Shown: piece after piece, positions 32,235-44,986 of the stretch
Position numbering within the stretch: the stretch's first letter is position 1
Layout: every line of letters starts with the position of its first letter
Source of the DNA: the human T2T-CHM13v2.0 reference genome, Homo sapiens
Direction: 5' to 3' (one strand)
DNA length: 64,000 nt
Assembly: GCF_009914755.1 (NCBI RefSeq)
Contig: NC_060927.1
The notes under the pieces: model-generated
The model's database searches: none
What the model was told of the DNA's origin: nothing
What the model saw: the letters and a program-made list of their open reading frames with translations, nothing else
Translations under genes and position numbers: made by a program

Positions 32235-32819
32235 ACAATGAGAACACATGGACACAGGAAGTGGAACATCACACACCGGGGACTGTTTTGGGGTGGGGGA
32301 AGGGGGAAGGGATAGCATTAGGAGATATACCTAATGCTAAATGACGAGTTAATGGGTGCAGCACACCAACATTGCACATGTATACATATGTAACAAACCT
32401 GCATGTTGCGCACATGTACCCTAAAACTTAAAGTATAATAATAATAAAAAATATATATAAATAAATGATTTATAAGATATAAAAAAAGTATATGAAAAAT
32501 TAGGTAGAAGGTAGAAGGTACAGATTTTATCACCTAAAGTTTACCTTTTTAAAATATAGTTTGGCCAAGTAGCCAAAGTGGGTTGTCCAGCTAACAACTA
32601 AGTGACAAATGTGCCAGAAAATATAGTCATCGGCATTTTATAAGACAGATACAAAGATTAAAATCCCAATGTTTTAGTAATTATAAAAGTCCAATAACAA
32701 ATCCTAACAGGAAAAAAATGGAATAGCATGGAAATTCCAGAAAAATCAATATTATGTGGGAAGTGACAGCCTTGTCAACAAAGATAATTTGTATTCAATT
32801 GTATTACTTTTTAAAAAAT

Positions 32820-33190
32820 TATTTATATCAAGTCAACAATGAAAAAAACTCAATTTAAAAATGGGCAACAGAATTGAATAGATATTTCTCGAAAGGTATA
32901 CTAATGGCTAATAAGCGCATGAACAGATGCTCAATCTACTAATCATTAGACAAATGCAAATCAAACCACAATGAAGTAATACCACTTCACGCCCTTTAGG
33001 ATAGCTAAGGTCAAAACAAAAAATCTGCCAAATGGAAAGTAAGTGTTTGTGAAAATGTGGAGAAATTGGAACTCTCATGTATTGTTGGTGAGGATGTAAA
33101 ATGGTGTAGCAACTATAGAAAACAGTTTGATGGTTACCCAAAAAATTAAACATAGAATTAATATATAATCTAGCAATTCCCTTCAGGATA
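32820..33190 (+). mobile_element. L1MB-like ORF2 end; its 3' tip reappears at 35399-35530
   Basis: aaaatgggcaa...atgcaaatcaaaccacaatga...tagcaattcc; host of Tigger1. Confidence 0.7.
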
Positions 33191-33807
33191 CAGAAATACA
33201 TCATTTTATTGCATTTTGCAGATATTGAATTTTTTACAAATTGAAAGTTTGTGGCAGCCGTGTATTGAGCAGGTCTGTTGGTGCCATTTTCCAACAGCAT
33301 GTGTTCACTTTGTGTCTTTGTGTCATATTTTGGTAATTCCCACAATATTTCAAAGTTTTTGTATTATTATTACATCTGTTATGGTAACCTACAACCATCT
33401 TTGATGTTACCACTGTAATTGTCTTGAGGCCCCACAAAGTGCACCCATATAAGATGGCAAATTTAATCAATAAATGGTGTGTGTGTGTTTGTGTGTGTGT
33501 GTCCTGATAATTCCACTGATGGCCATTCCCCCATGTCTCTCCTACTCTCTGGCCTTCCAGTTCCCTGAGATGCAAAACTATTGAAATTAGGCCAATTAGT
33601 AACCCTACAATGGTCTCTATGTGTTCAAGTGAAAGGAAGAGTCACATGTCTCTCATTTGAAATAAAAAACTAGAAATGATTAAGCTTAGTGAGGAAGGCA
33701 TGTCAAAAGCCACAACAGGCCAAAAGCTAGGCCTCTTGTGCTAAAGAGTTGGCCAACTTGCGAATGCAAAGGAAAAGTTCTTGAAGGAAATTAAAAGTGC
33801 TACTCCA

Positions 33808-34542
33808 TCCCGTTGTGCACATGTACCCTAAAACTTAAAATATAAAAAAAAAATAAGTACTCTTAAAGCTAGCACTGTTTTGATCCCCATCACTGAAGTT
33901 TGCAACATTTACCTTATTTGTTCAATATAGTGCATTTTAACAGAACATGTTAGAAAAGACAGATTACTGCCACAGATGAAAACTGGATGGTTTTCTTTTG
34001 TTTGTTGAAAACCTTATTACTTTGACAGCTTGAGATTCTGGAGACATCACCTTTCTATGTACTTATTATTATTATTTTAAACAATCAACAGTTGTTAAAA
34101 TAAACAGTTAAAATAAAAGTTATTATTTTAAACAATCAAAATGCTTTAATCAGAACTTGTATGAAGAGTAGATTTGATGGACAATGTAAGAGGAAGCTTT
34201 GGAGCCTGATGAGAGGGACTCAAGGGGACTTTTTTGAGTCTTTGAGATGATGTCTCTGCCCATGCCCAGCCTGAAGAAGGGAATTCTAAGAATCACCATT
34301 AATTAATATGCATTCCTACCCTACTTACATATGGCTCTGTCAATACCAGTGGTTGAGTCTGATTGTTTTAACCAACTGTTTTGAGCTTGTCTTAGAGCTC
34401 ACCCCAATTAAAACTTGTACTCTTCAAGAGCATTGACATAGATCTTGGCCTTCTATTTCCATTTTGTCTCTGTTGTTTTATTACAAAGTAACAATTTCTA
34501 CATACTGTGGCTTCTACAGGTAGGCTTTATTTGTATCTGTGT

Positions 34543-34575
<33 letters not shown>

Positions 34576-34909
34576 ATAAATAATACCAATTTATAATCAT
34601 CTGGAGATTAATTTGATAATACTTTATGGTTGAAATTCTCTTACCTATTACCCAGCAATTCTGCTCCTAAGGGAATCATGCATGTATACAAGAAAACTTA
34701 AAAGGATATTTAATGCAACATTGTTTGTAATGGCAAAAAATGGTAAACAACGTAATTGTTCATCAGCAGGTAAATAAATGTACTATAGATTATATATGCA
34801 ATACAAATAGGATTCTGTGCAACAGTTAATATGAATAAATTGGATTTGAAAAATAAATATGATAAATCTCAAAAATATAGTATTGAGTATTAAAAAAACA
34901 GAAAAAAAT
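33808..34909 (+). mobile_element. L1-mediated 3' transduction (L1PA stub, ~1 kb transduced flank, A-tail)
   Basis: TSD aaaagtgctactcca at 33793-33807 and 34910-34924; L1 3' end cgttgtgcacatgtaccctaaaacttaaa from 33811. Confidence 0.88.
34543..34567. repeat. (CA)n microsatellite within the transduced segment
   Basis: About 12 CA units. Confidence 0.9.
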
Positions 34910-37900
34910 AAAAGTGCTACTCCAGAGAGCACATATATGATTAAAAAAAATAAAACGATCTTACTGATGATACAGAGAAAGATTTTGTGGTCTAGATAGA
35001 AGATAAAACCAGCCACAACATTTCCTTAAGCCAAAGCTGAATCCAGACCAAGGCCCTAACTATTCAATTCTATGAAGGCAGAGAGGTGAGGAAGCTGCAA
35101 CAGAAAAGATGGAACATAGCAGAGGTTGGTTCATGAGGTTTGAGGAAAGAAGCTTTCTCCATAACATAAAAGTGCAAGGTGAAGCAGCAAGTGCTGATAT
35201 AGAAGTTGTTTTTTATATTTGAGCAAAGAAAGTGCTTTCTTGAGATAGAATCTACTCCTGATGAAGATGCTACGAACATTGTTGAAATGACAACAAAGGA
35301 TTTAAAATATTACATACATTTAGGGGGTAAAGCAGCAATTTTGAGAGGATTGACTCCAATTTTGAAAGAAGCTCTACTGTGGGTAAAATGCTATCAAAAG
35401 GATGGTGAAAACGTTCTGTTGATGGATGATGGTAATAGTTGCACAACAATATTAATGTATTCAATGCCACTAAACTATACACTTAAGTTGTAATGGTAAG
35501 TTTCATGCTATGTTTTACCACAATAAAAAATCGACTTGTGGTAATGTTAGATTTTGATCTGAACTGCTAAACATCCCTAACGTTGTCCTGTCAAGGGGAA
35601 CCTCAGCCACCATGAAGCATATGACAAGAAGCCTCCACAAATATGAGCACTTCCCCATTTTACTGGCAAACAAGTGATGGGTCTTACTTGACCAGAATTC
35701 TCCCTTCTTCCACATAGTCTTACAGCTGTTTTAGGGGCAATGTCGAGACCTCATCTACAAGGATACCAGGGCACAGCCAAGGTTCCCTAGTGCCTGTTAA
35801 CATGATGTTTCTCTTCCTGGTCAGGCCATATATTCCTTCTCTGGAAATTGGTAGGAAGGTACAGTATCTGTGAAGGTTATTCTGTATAATACTTTAGGAT
35901 GCCTTAATTACTAGTTATAAATATGTTCTCTTGTATATTATGACTTGTTTGTCAGTCTGTACTTGCTCATGCCTTATTGCATGTCGTGTAAAGAAATTTT
36001 CATCTATCATCTACTTACTTCCTGTAAGGGGCACTCCTATTTGTTCATTCATTAATATGCTCTGCAGATTCCTTCCATTTTCATGCTCACTCTGTGACTG
36101 AGGGCCTAAGTAAGCCACATGGTGCATCAGCTTGGAGACAGATAAGAGGCAACCAGAATCCAGCTGTCAGCACTGTTGTTATTTACCCCAGTGACTATGC
36201 CTGTATTTCTCATGCTAGAGTTCTTCCTAGTGAGCGTCATTTTGCCTATCTCCAACAGTGAAAGCACTTGGCAAGTGCCTAACTGTCTTCTCTAAGTCTG
36301 AGTAAAATGGAGACAATTATTCTTCCTGGGGTTTTGACAATTAAATGAGAGAAAACATGGCATACAGTTAAACGATAAAGACATTCAATAAATGTTCTAT
36401 GAGTATATATATGAGTTATGTATCAGACACTTTTTGTGTGCAAATTTTAATCCCTTAGTAACCCTATATGAAACATTTATCCTAGTTTTACTGATAAAGA
36501 ATCTGAGGCTTGGAGAGGTTAAATGAAATATCCCAAGTTACACAGACTAATTTTACTTCAAGTCTGTGGAATTCCATGTTCCCAGTATCACATCATCCTT
36601 TACCAAAGAGCTAATGAACTGAGAAAGATAACACTGTTGGAAATATCTGAGATGTATTAAGACCAACAGTCTTTTAATACTATTCAAATAGGATAGCAAA
36701 TTGTTTTGCCTTCTACCAAGGTTATCTCAGTAATACCTAGCAAGAGATTTGGAGTTTTGTGCATTCTCTTGACCTAAAATTCCATGAACTGATTCCAGTT
36801 AATAGAAACTAACTTTCAATTAATAGAAACTACTTCATAAGGAAGTAATGAAAGGACTTAGGCACAAAAATCTTCACTACAGTTGTCAGTAATTGTGAAA
36901 AATTACAAAGCACCTAAACATACTTAAGTAGGAAATCAGTTAAATTACAAAATCTAATAGAATGTTATGCCATTATAAGTCTTATAGATGTATTTTTGAC
37001 ACACACATAAATAAAAACAGCATGTACAGAGTAGGCTGTGCACATACAGAAAATCGTCTAGAAACATATATTCTGAAAGGTGAACAACTATCTCTAGGTC
37101 ACATGAGATTATGGGTCATCATTCTCTCTTATCTGTATTTCTGATTTTTCTAAAATAAATATATACTACTTATCTACTAAAAGCATGATTTAAGATGTTT
37201 TTACTAAAAGGATGAATAATAAGATATTGATTAAAGAAAAAATTTGGGAAATTATCATTATAAAGAAATAACTGACACATCAGAAATATTTAAGGGATGT
37301 TTCTATGATTAATAAAACTCTAAAGAGAAATTATGAAAGGAAATTAACAAGGAAATACCACATTCTTCTGATTAGAGAGAAAGTACAGGGCTCCAAATGG
37401 GATAAATGTCAAGGAGCTTCCCTGATTTCTATTTGACCTCACATATAATGCAAGAGTACATCATAACAAAGCCCTGAGCAGCAGAGTAGTATAATATAAA
37501 TGAGCATTTCCAAATATATCCTATGGATAATACAAGTCCCCCCAGATGAATATTAGTAATATCAGTCTATGGTCAAATAAGCTTGTGAAGTGCTTGGTTT
37601 TAAAAAAGCTAAACCAATTTCTTTACTGCAGGATTTCTCAAACCCTTTGATATGCTTCATGCACTATGAGTCACCAAAAACAGATATAAGATGCATGCAA
37701 CGTTCACTAAATAAATGGAATTACATCATTACTGTGGCTTCTCTTTCCGAAATAATATTCCAGAAGACACTTCGAAAACCTGGATTTAAGGAACACATGG
37801 AGGGAGCCTACATAACTGAGCAGAATACTCACCAAAGGCAAGTGAAATTGAATATATGAAGTTTACATAGAGGGATTTTGAAAAATATCAGACAAAAACT

Positions 37901-38282
37901 AATAGGAGAAATGAGGAGGCTGGGGCTGGTAAATATAAAGAGAAGACAGATTCAGGGTAGGCTAAAACTGTCAGATTTTGATAAATAAGATTACACTGAG
38001 TCAATTCAGACCTTCAAACCTGAGCCCCTAAGTATCACTGACTGACTACTTTCTTCTCTCTGGGCTATCCTTACTTAAATATCTAATACAAACTAATATT
38101 CTTCTGTATGACAAGATATTATAATAGGAACCCTCTCCCTGTTTTGGCTGAGACCTCAGAGAGATAGGTACCTACTATTGCCACATTCTCAAGCAGCATG
38201 CTACGCTGTGCAGGGCTTCTAAAAAAGCAGCAAAGAGCCAAGTTTGTAACACTTTCCAGCCTTTTAGAAAAGATAAGGAAGC

Positions 38283-38664
38283 TGTATTAGACTGTTCTTG
38301 CATTGCTACTACCTGAGACTGAGTAATTTATAAAAAATTTTTAAAAAAAGGCTTAATCGGCTCACAGTTCTGCAGGAAATACAGGCTTCTACCTCTGAGG
38401 AAGCCTCAGGAAACTTACAATCATGGTGGAAGGCAAAGGGGAAGCCATCTTCACATGGCAGACAGGAGAGAGAGAGAACCGGGAGGTGCTACACACTTTT
38501 AAACAACTAGATCTTGTAAGAGCTCTATCACGAGACAGCATTAGGTGCTAAACCACTAGAAACCACCCCCATGATCCAAATTCCCTCCAACCAGGACTCA
38601 CCTCTAATACTGGGGACCACAATTCAACATGAGATTTGAGTGGGGACATAGCTAAGCCATATCA
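38283..38664 (-). mobile_element. MSTA-like MaLR solo LTR
   Basis: tgtattag...ggaaacttacaatcatgg...catgagatttg...ccatatca; perfect 5-bp TSD gaagc. Confidence 0.9.
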
Positions 38665-38927
38665 GAAGCCAAATGGTGAGAAAACTCCTTTAGAGAGAAT
38701 TGTTGGTGGGTTATGAGCCTTGGGAAACAGGTCCTTCTACTTTCCTCAAACCTTGTGAGGGAGTCTTTAGAAAGACCACTTGAAGGGCTTAATATGTATC
38801 CTTGGGTTTGCAGATACACAGTATAATTTCCCAATAAGTTTCAGACACCAGGCTGAAAGTAAGACACGTTGTGTGGAGCCCCTACTTTGAAGACAGAGCA
38901 AGCATGATAGCCATATTTGGGACAGCA

Positions 38928-39303
38928 TATATCTTGGCCAGCTCAGGCTGCTATAATAAAATAGCATAACCCAAGTGGCTTAAACAACAGACATTTATTT
39001 CTCACCGTTCTGTAGCTGAGAGATCCAAGATCAAGGTACTGACTGGTCAGGTTCTGGTGGGGGCCCTTTTCCTCTTTTGTAAGCAACTGTCTTCTCACAG
39101 TGTCCTCACATGGCAGAGAGAGGAAGGAGAATCAAGTTCTCTGGTGTCTCTTTTTATAAGGACACTAATCCCAACATGGGGGTCCCACTCTCATGACCTC
39201 ATCTAAACCTAATCACTTCTCAAAGGCCATGCCTCCTAATACCATTACCTTGTAGGTAAGGATTTCAACATGAATTTAGTGGGGACACATTCAGTCCATA
39301 ACA
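38928..39303 (-). mobile_element. MLT1A0-like MaLR LTR
   Basis: ggctgctataataaaata...ggcttaaacaacagacatttatttctcac...ggggacacattcagtccataaca. Confidence 0.85.
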
Positions 39304-40681
39304 GTCTGTAATTCCAGAGTTGCTTGGGACAAGGGATGTGTTAATGCTTCTCCTGGACTAGGGATGGTCAAGGGTCAGAATCTGCCTGCCTGGGGGACTA
39401 GGAGGTGTGGGAAACCCAGTGCATAAAAGCTAAAGTTGTACTGCCAGAAGTTTGAAGACTGAAGAAGGAGTTTTAAGCACCAGCTAAAGAAAATAGTTAT
39501 TGAACTACAGATAGGGGGCTGCTGTAGTTTGGTGGGGAAGAGGTCCCTGAAGATCAACAAAGCATCCCATGAAGCTCAGCTTTAAATATACACTAAGGGT
39601 AGAAGAAGCCAAATCTTTATAAATTGGGGTCAGCCATGCAAAACCTTTCCTGGTTATTACCCATTTCTCCTTTCCCTATGGTTCAAACCTGGGATATGGT
39701 TCAGAAGCCCAGGATAGAAAGTGAGAAGGGAAGAGGAGCTGGCATGGAAAAGAGAGGGAGAAAAAGAAACCTAACCTGAACCCACTCCTCTGACAGAAGA
39801 TAGAAACTGAAGTAGAAGAGAAGTTTTAACTTAGTTTTGACTATTTCATGATTCTCAATGTTTTATTCACTTAAACTAGACTCTTTGAATAGGGGAAGAA
39901 GACTTAATATCTGAGCATTTAGATTTTAACCAAAGGCAAAGAAAAAACTTTTTCGTAGAAAAATTTTGAATGAGAGATGGTGATGAATAAAATGATTTCC
40001 AAGTATGCCGTAAATGTTTTGCTCCTTCAACACAAAAGTTAAACTTATAATCCTTGAGGAGTAACTAGAAATTCATTTTTATTCCTCACTATTTTTAAAG
40101 ACCAACTGCCTCTGTTTCCTTACTACCCACTTAGTCCTTGCATCCTTGAAACTCTTTATCTATAGAAATTGCCAATACAAGTTACTGTTGAGTTCCATCA
40201 AATAAGTTTTTTTAAGAAAGAATCCCATTATAATGTAAACTATTTTAGAAAAATCAAATCCAGCCTCATGCTAGAGAACAATACATCATGTCATAGTTGG
40301 TTTTATCCCCAAAACACAAGAAGAGTTTCCTATTAGGGCATTATTAAAATAATTCATCACATCAGTCAAAGGAGGAAAAATGATGTGATTATTATAAAAT
40401 TCATAAAATAATTACTGATTTTAACAAATCTTAGAAAATGAATAAGACTCATGGCTTCTTGTGATAAGGATCCTCTTAGATTGAACATTTGACAGAATTG
40501 TGCATGTGAACCTGGCCAGATGTTTTGCTGCTTGACTATGCCACCCACCTATGATGAGGGATTTGTGTCTAGGTTACACAACCATAGATGCTGTGATAAA
40601 AAGCTGGCAACACAATACCCTAATTGCTTCCAAGAAAACTAAGTAAACACAGTGTCATCTCATGGTATAGTTGGAGAAGGG

Positions 40682-40830
40682 CAATGATTCTCTAACCTAG
40701 CTGCACATTAAAATCACCTGGCCGACTTTTAAAACATACTGACACAGGAAGTACAGGACTCACCTCAGAGATTCAGATTCAATTCACCTAAAGTAAGGCC
40801 AAGGCCTTTTTGTTTTTAAGTTTCCCAGGT
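40682..40830. mobile_element. MER5B-like MITE fragment
   Basis: ttctctaacctagctgcacattaaaatcacctgg...cagagattcagattcaatt. Confidence 0.65.
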
Positions 40831-40838
40831 ATATAGTA

Positions 40839-41264
40839 CAACCGACCCTTGAACAGGGCAGGGATTAGGGGCACTGACTCATACAGTTGAAAATCCACAT
40901 AGGACTTTTGACTCTCCACATAAACTTAACTAATAGTCTACTGTTAACTGGAAGCCTTACCAATAACATAACTCAGTTAGCACATATTTGGTATGTTATA
41001 TGTATTATATACTGTATTCTTGCAATAAAGTAATCTGGAGAAAAGAAAATGATATGAAGACAATCACAAGGAAGAGAAAATATATTTACTGTTAAGCATA
41101 AGTGGATCATCACAAAGATCTTCATCCTTGTCATCATCACACCGAGTAGGGAAGGAGGAAGAAGAGGGGTTGGTCTTGCTGTTTCAGGGATGGCAGAAGT
41201 GGAAGAAAAACCTCATATAAGTGGACCCAGGCAGTTCAAACCTGTGTTGTTCAAAGGTCAACTG
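40839..41264 (-). mobile_element. Tigger2a (MER28) non-autonomous DNA transposon
   Basis: TIRs ca.ccgacccttgaaca / tgttcaaaggtcaactg with TA on both sides. Confidence 0.9.
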
Positions 41265-41391
41265 TATTTCATCATAAAACAAAGGGGATGTGATTTATTC
41301 CTTGGCAGCTGCAAATCTGTGGCGTGGGAAGGCTTTTGAAAACTAATGGTAATTTTCCCTCTCATCAAAGATATACAATCTTCTAAATTGA

Positions 41392-41809
<418 letters not shown>

Positions 41810-43969
41810 CCTCTGCACTTTAAAATCCTCTTACACTTCAACATCTTCACCTTCCCATGACTTCATAGCTAACCTTTATAATTTTAAAACTATTACTCTC
41901 TTCAACAAAAGAAGGCAAAGGCAATGACTAATTAGTTAGAGAAACTTCAAATTTGTATTTTTGAAGGCAGGAGTAGAGGACTTACAAGATTAGACAAGGC
42001 ACATGGCATACATTCATGTTGGCATAACAAGAGCTCTTGAATTGTTTTTCCAAGTCAATGTGTTTGCCAGGTAAAAGAAAAAAGGGAAAAAAAACTGCCA
42101 GGGAGGCAGGAATATTTCAGCATGAACTCCTAGCTGTTTCATACATAAGCACAAAAACATCTTCACACTGAGTACATAAACTCTACTAAAGCACTCTCTC
42201 TGAAGAGAAAAACATCCTTCAACCTTGATGCTATTTCTCTAATGACTTAGGAATGTGATCTCTAATCACCACTGAAAGCCACACAGCAAATGCCCTGGGC
42301 TGGGTTTACATCCTACAGTGTTTTGTTCGATTTCTTAATTTTTGCAAAATTCTTTGAACTTTTACTATGTTTATTCTACTTAAACTAGATGGTTTGAACT
42401 AGTTCCTCACAAGCCAGGAATGTCCCTTTGTATCTTTATCCCATAGCAACTGGTACCAATTAGCACTCAATAATAACTCAACAACAGTTGCTTAAAATCT
42501 TCTTCTTCTTCACCCTAAAGCAAGATCTCACATGAATACAAACCTAAATAAACAGTCCTTGGGTAAAGAGCATCTCCTCAAACTCTATTTGTTGGAAGAC
42601 TCTGTCCTGTTAAGATACGCAGTTATAGGAGAAAATGGAGGGGCAACCACAAGTGGTAGACAAGGTGGCTTATTCATTTTGGGAGCATAAGAAGAAAGCT
42701 CCCTTGCTTTCTCCATTCTCCAGCAATCTCCATTGCCATAAGTGGCTTCAAATGGCACCAGAAACAGCCAACACCACCAAGGGAGGAGACCAAATCCCAG
42801 AAGGAGAATAGGCTGAGTGACTGTGGCTGTCATATTGATTTGTGGCTAGATGAGCCTCCTTTGGAGGAAACCCAGAAATATTAGGAGAAAAGATCCCTTT
42901 GAAAGGTATGGAAAGTCTTACACAGGGAACTGGAGGCAAAAACAGGAACTCTGACTTGCTACTGTCACTGTGACCCTGTTGTTACCCTCAGGCAGGTGAA
43001 ATATGGTCATGTTGAGTTGTAACCAAAAGGGAATGCCAGAGATGTACCAGCGTGCTTTCTCCTGATGCTCTTAAGCCCAAAGTCTGCCATTTCTACCCCT
43101 CCCAGCTTCCCCAAATTCCTTCTCCAACTGCACAAACCATACATGGGGAAGCATGAGGTTTGCAGAGCCAAGACTCAAACCTTAGTTTGTGTGATGTATT
43201 CAAACCCATATACTTGCTTGCTGCCATACATGCTGACATAGGTCAAATGTGCATGAAACTGAAACATAAATTAGACTGCACCTTTTGTGGGATTTACTAC
43301 TATTAAAAATAAAGTATCCAAAAATGGAAATTCAACAAAAGGAAGGCTGTATATTCTTTTAATGTCATACTGAAACGTCATCTGACGGGTCCACCCAAGA
43401 ATTATTTAATCTTGTGGGAGATGTACCTTTCTTTGAGTTGCTATATAATGTCGATTCTGTGAGGATATGTAAAAACTTGTAGATTTTTGTCTGGTAGAGA
43501 TGTAAATAGATTTCTGTTCAGTAGAAAAAAACCCAAAAGTACAATGTTACTGCCCTTTAGAACTTTGGCCAGTTATGCCTCTAACTTAGCCAACTCATTG
43601 TAACATGCCATTCCCAACAAACTATATAATGCAAAAGCCCTTTGAATTCATTTATCATCTGCTGTCTCCATCATTGAGTTAAATAAATTTTTTTACAAGA
43701 TTTCACTAAGTATTTATATGTGTCATGTTAACATTGTTGAAAATTATACTTTGACACTAAAATATACTGCAAAGATTTGAAATAGGAAGTTATTTTATTA
43801 AGTAGGGGGCAAGACCAAGGTAAGGTAAGGTTTCATGGATGAAAAGTCACTGATTGGGACCTGGAGGGTTGGAAAAGATTTCACCAGTAGCTGTGGGAAG
43901 AAAAGTCATTGCTGGCACAACTTCAAACACATGTTTACATGGAAAGTTGACAAAGAGGTTCTAGCCTGG

Positions 43970-44830
43970 ATAATTTAAAAACACTTACTTTAGATCCATT
44001 TCATGTAACCTTCTAAATAAAATGTCATCAAATGGGATTCACCTCTACATGAAAATAATACATTATGATTAAATAGAACTTATTCCACGAGGCAAGGAAG
44101 TTTCAACATTTGAAAATCTATCAACATAATAAACTACTTCAAGAAATTACAGGAGAAATACCATGTGATATCAATAAATGCAGAAAAAAAGACTCAAAAT
44201 TAAACCACCATTTCTAATAGAGATACTAAATAGATGAAAACTACTTAAATATAATAAAAATTATTTATCAAGAATCAACAGCAGATACCATTATAAATAA
44301 TTTTTAAACAAAGCCATTGTCATTAATGTCAAGAACTAGAGAGATGATTGCTACCATCATTATTGATTTACCATTGATAGCAAATGCCACACAAGTTTTA
44401 GAAAAAATAAGTATCACGTAAAAGTCATTGGAGAAAAACAAGGTTAATCACTTTACCGACAGGAATATATTAAAAAAAAAAAAGAAGAGAGAATTAATAT
44501 AAATGTGTGAAGTGAATAGGTACAGGATGATTTTTTAATCAATAAATTGTCCTTGTTTAGCAATAACTGAGAAATGGAAACAGGAAAGAATTTCTGTTTT
44601 TAATGACAACAATAACAAGAAAAGTGCCTAGGAGTTCATTTAATGAGAATTCGATATGAAGAAAGATCTATATGAAGAAAAGTTGAAATCCTATTGAAAT
44701 ACAAAAAATAGGATAGGAAGAAATTGAAAGATGCATACTATGTTCTTGGTTAGGAATATTATAAAAGTACAGATTCTTCCAAAATTAATACATAAATCTA
44801 ATGTAATTTCAATTAAAAAACCTAACAGAG
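43970..44830 (+). mobile_element. Old L1M ORF2 (RT region) fragment
   Basis: tcaataaatgcagaaaaa, gattcttccaaaattaatacataaatctaatgtaatttcaattaaaa. Confidence 0.6.
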
Positions 44831-44935
44831 ATGGTTATATTGTATTAAAGTTTTTATAGAATCTTAATTCCCTTGGATCCTATCTTGTGTTTTAATATTT
44901 TCATAGCCTTTATTATCTTCTAGAGGTATATAGGG

Positions 44936-44938
<3 letters not shown>

Positions 44939-44978
<40 letters not shown>

Positions 44979-44986
44979 CATGCGTA
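44939..44986. repeat. (TG)n(CG)n alternating purine-pyrimidine tract
   Basis: About 16 TG units followed by cgcgcgtgcatgcgta. Confidence 0.9.

Larger units (their letters stand above)
33191..35398 (+). mobile_element. Tigger1 (TcMar) DNA transposon, internally deleted, interrupted at 33808-34909
   Basis: TA then cag...tacaaattgaaagtttgtggca; gattaagcttagtgaggaaggcatgtcaaaagcc; gaaattaaaagtgctactcca continues to gatagaagataaaaccagccacaacatt. Confidence 0.92.

Noticed and set aside
42540-43050. Unique GC-richer stretch with short minus-strand ORFs
   Set aside because: No recognisable product or convincing paired splice sites; left unannotated.
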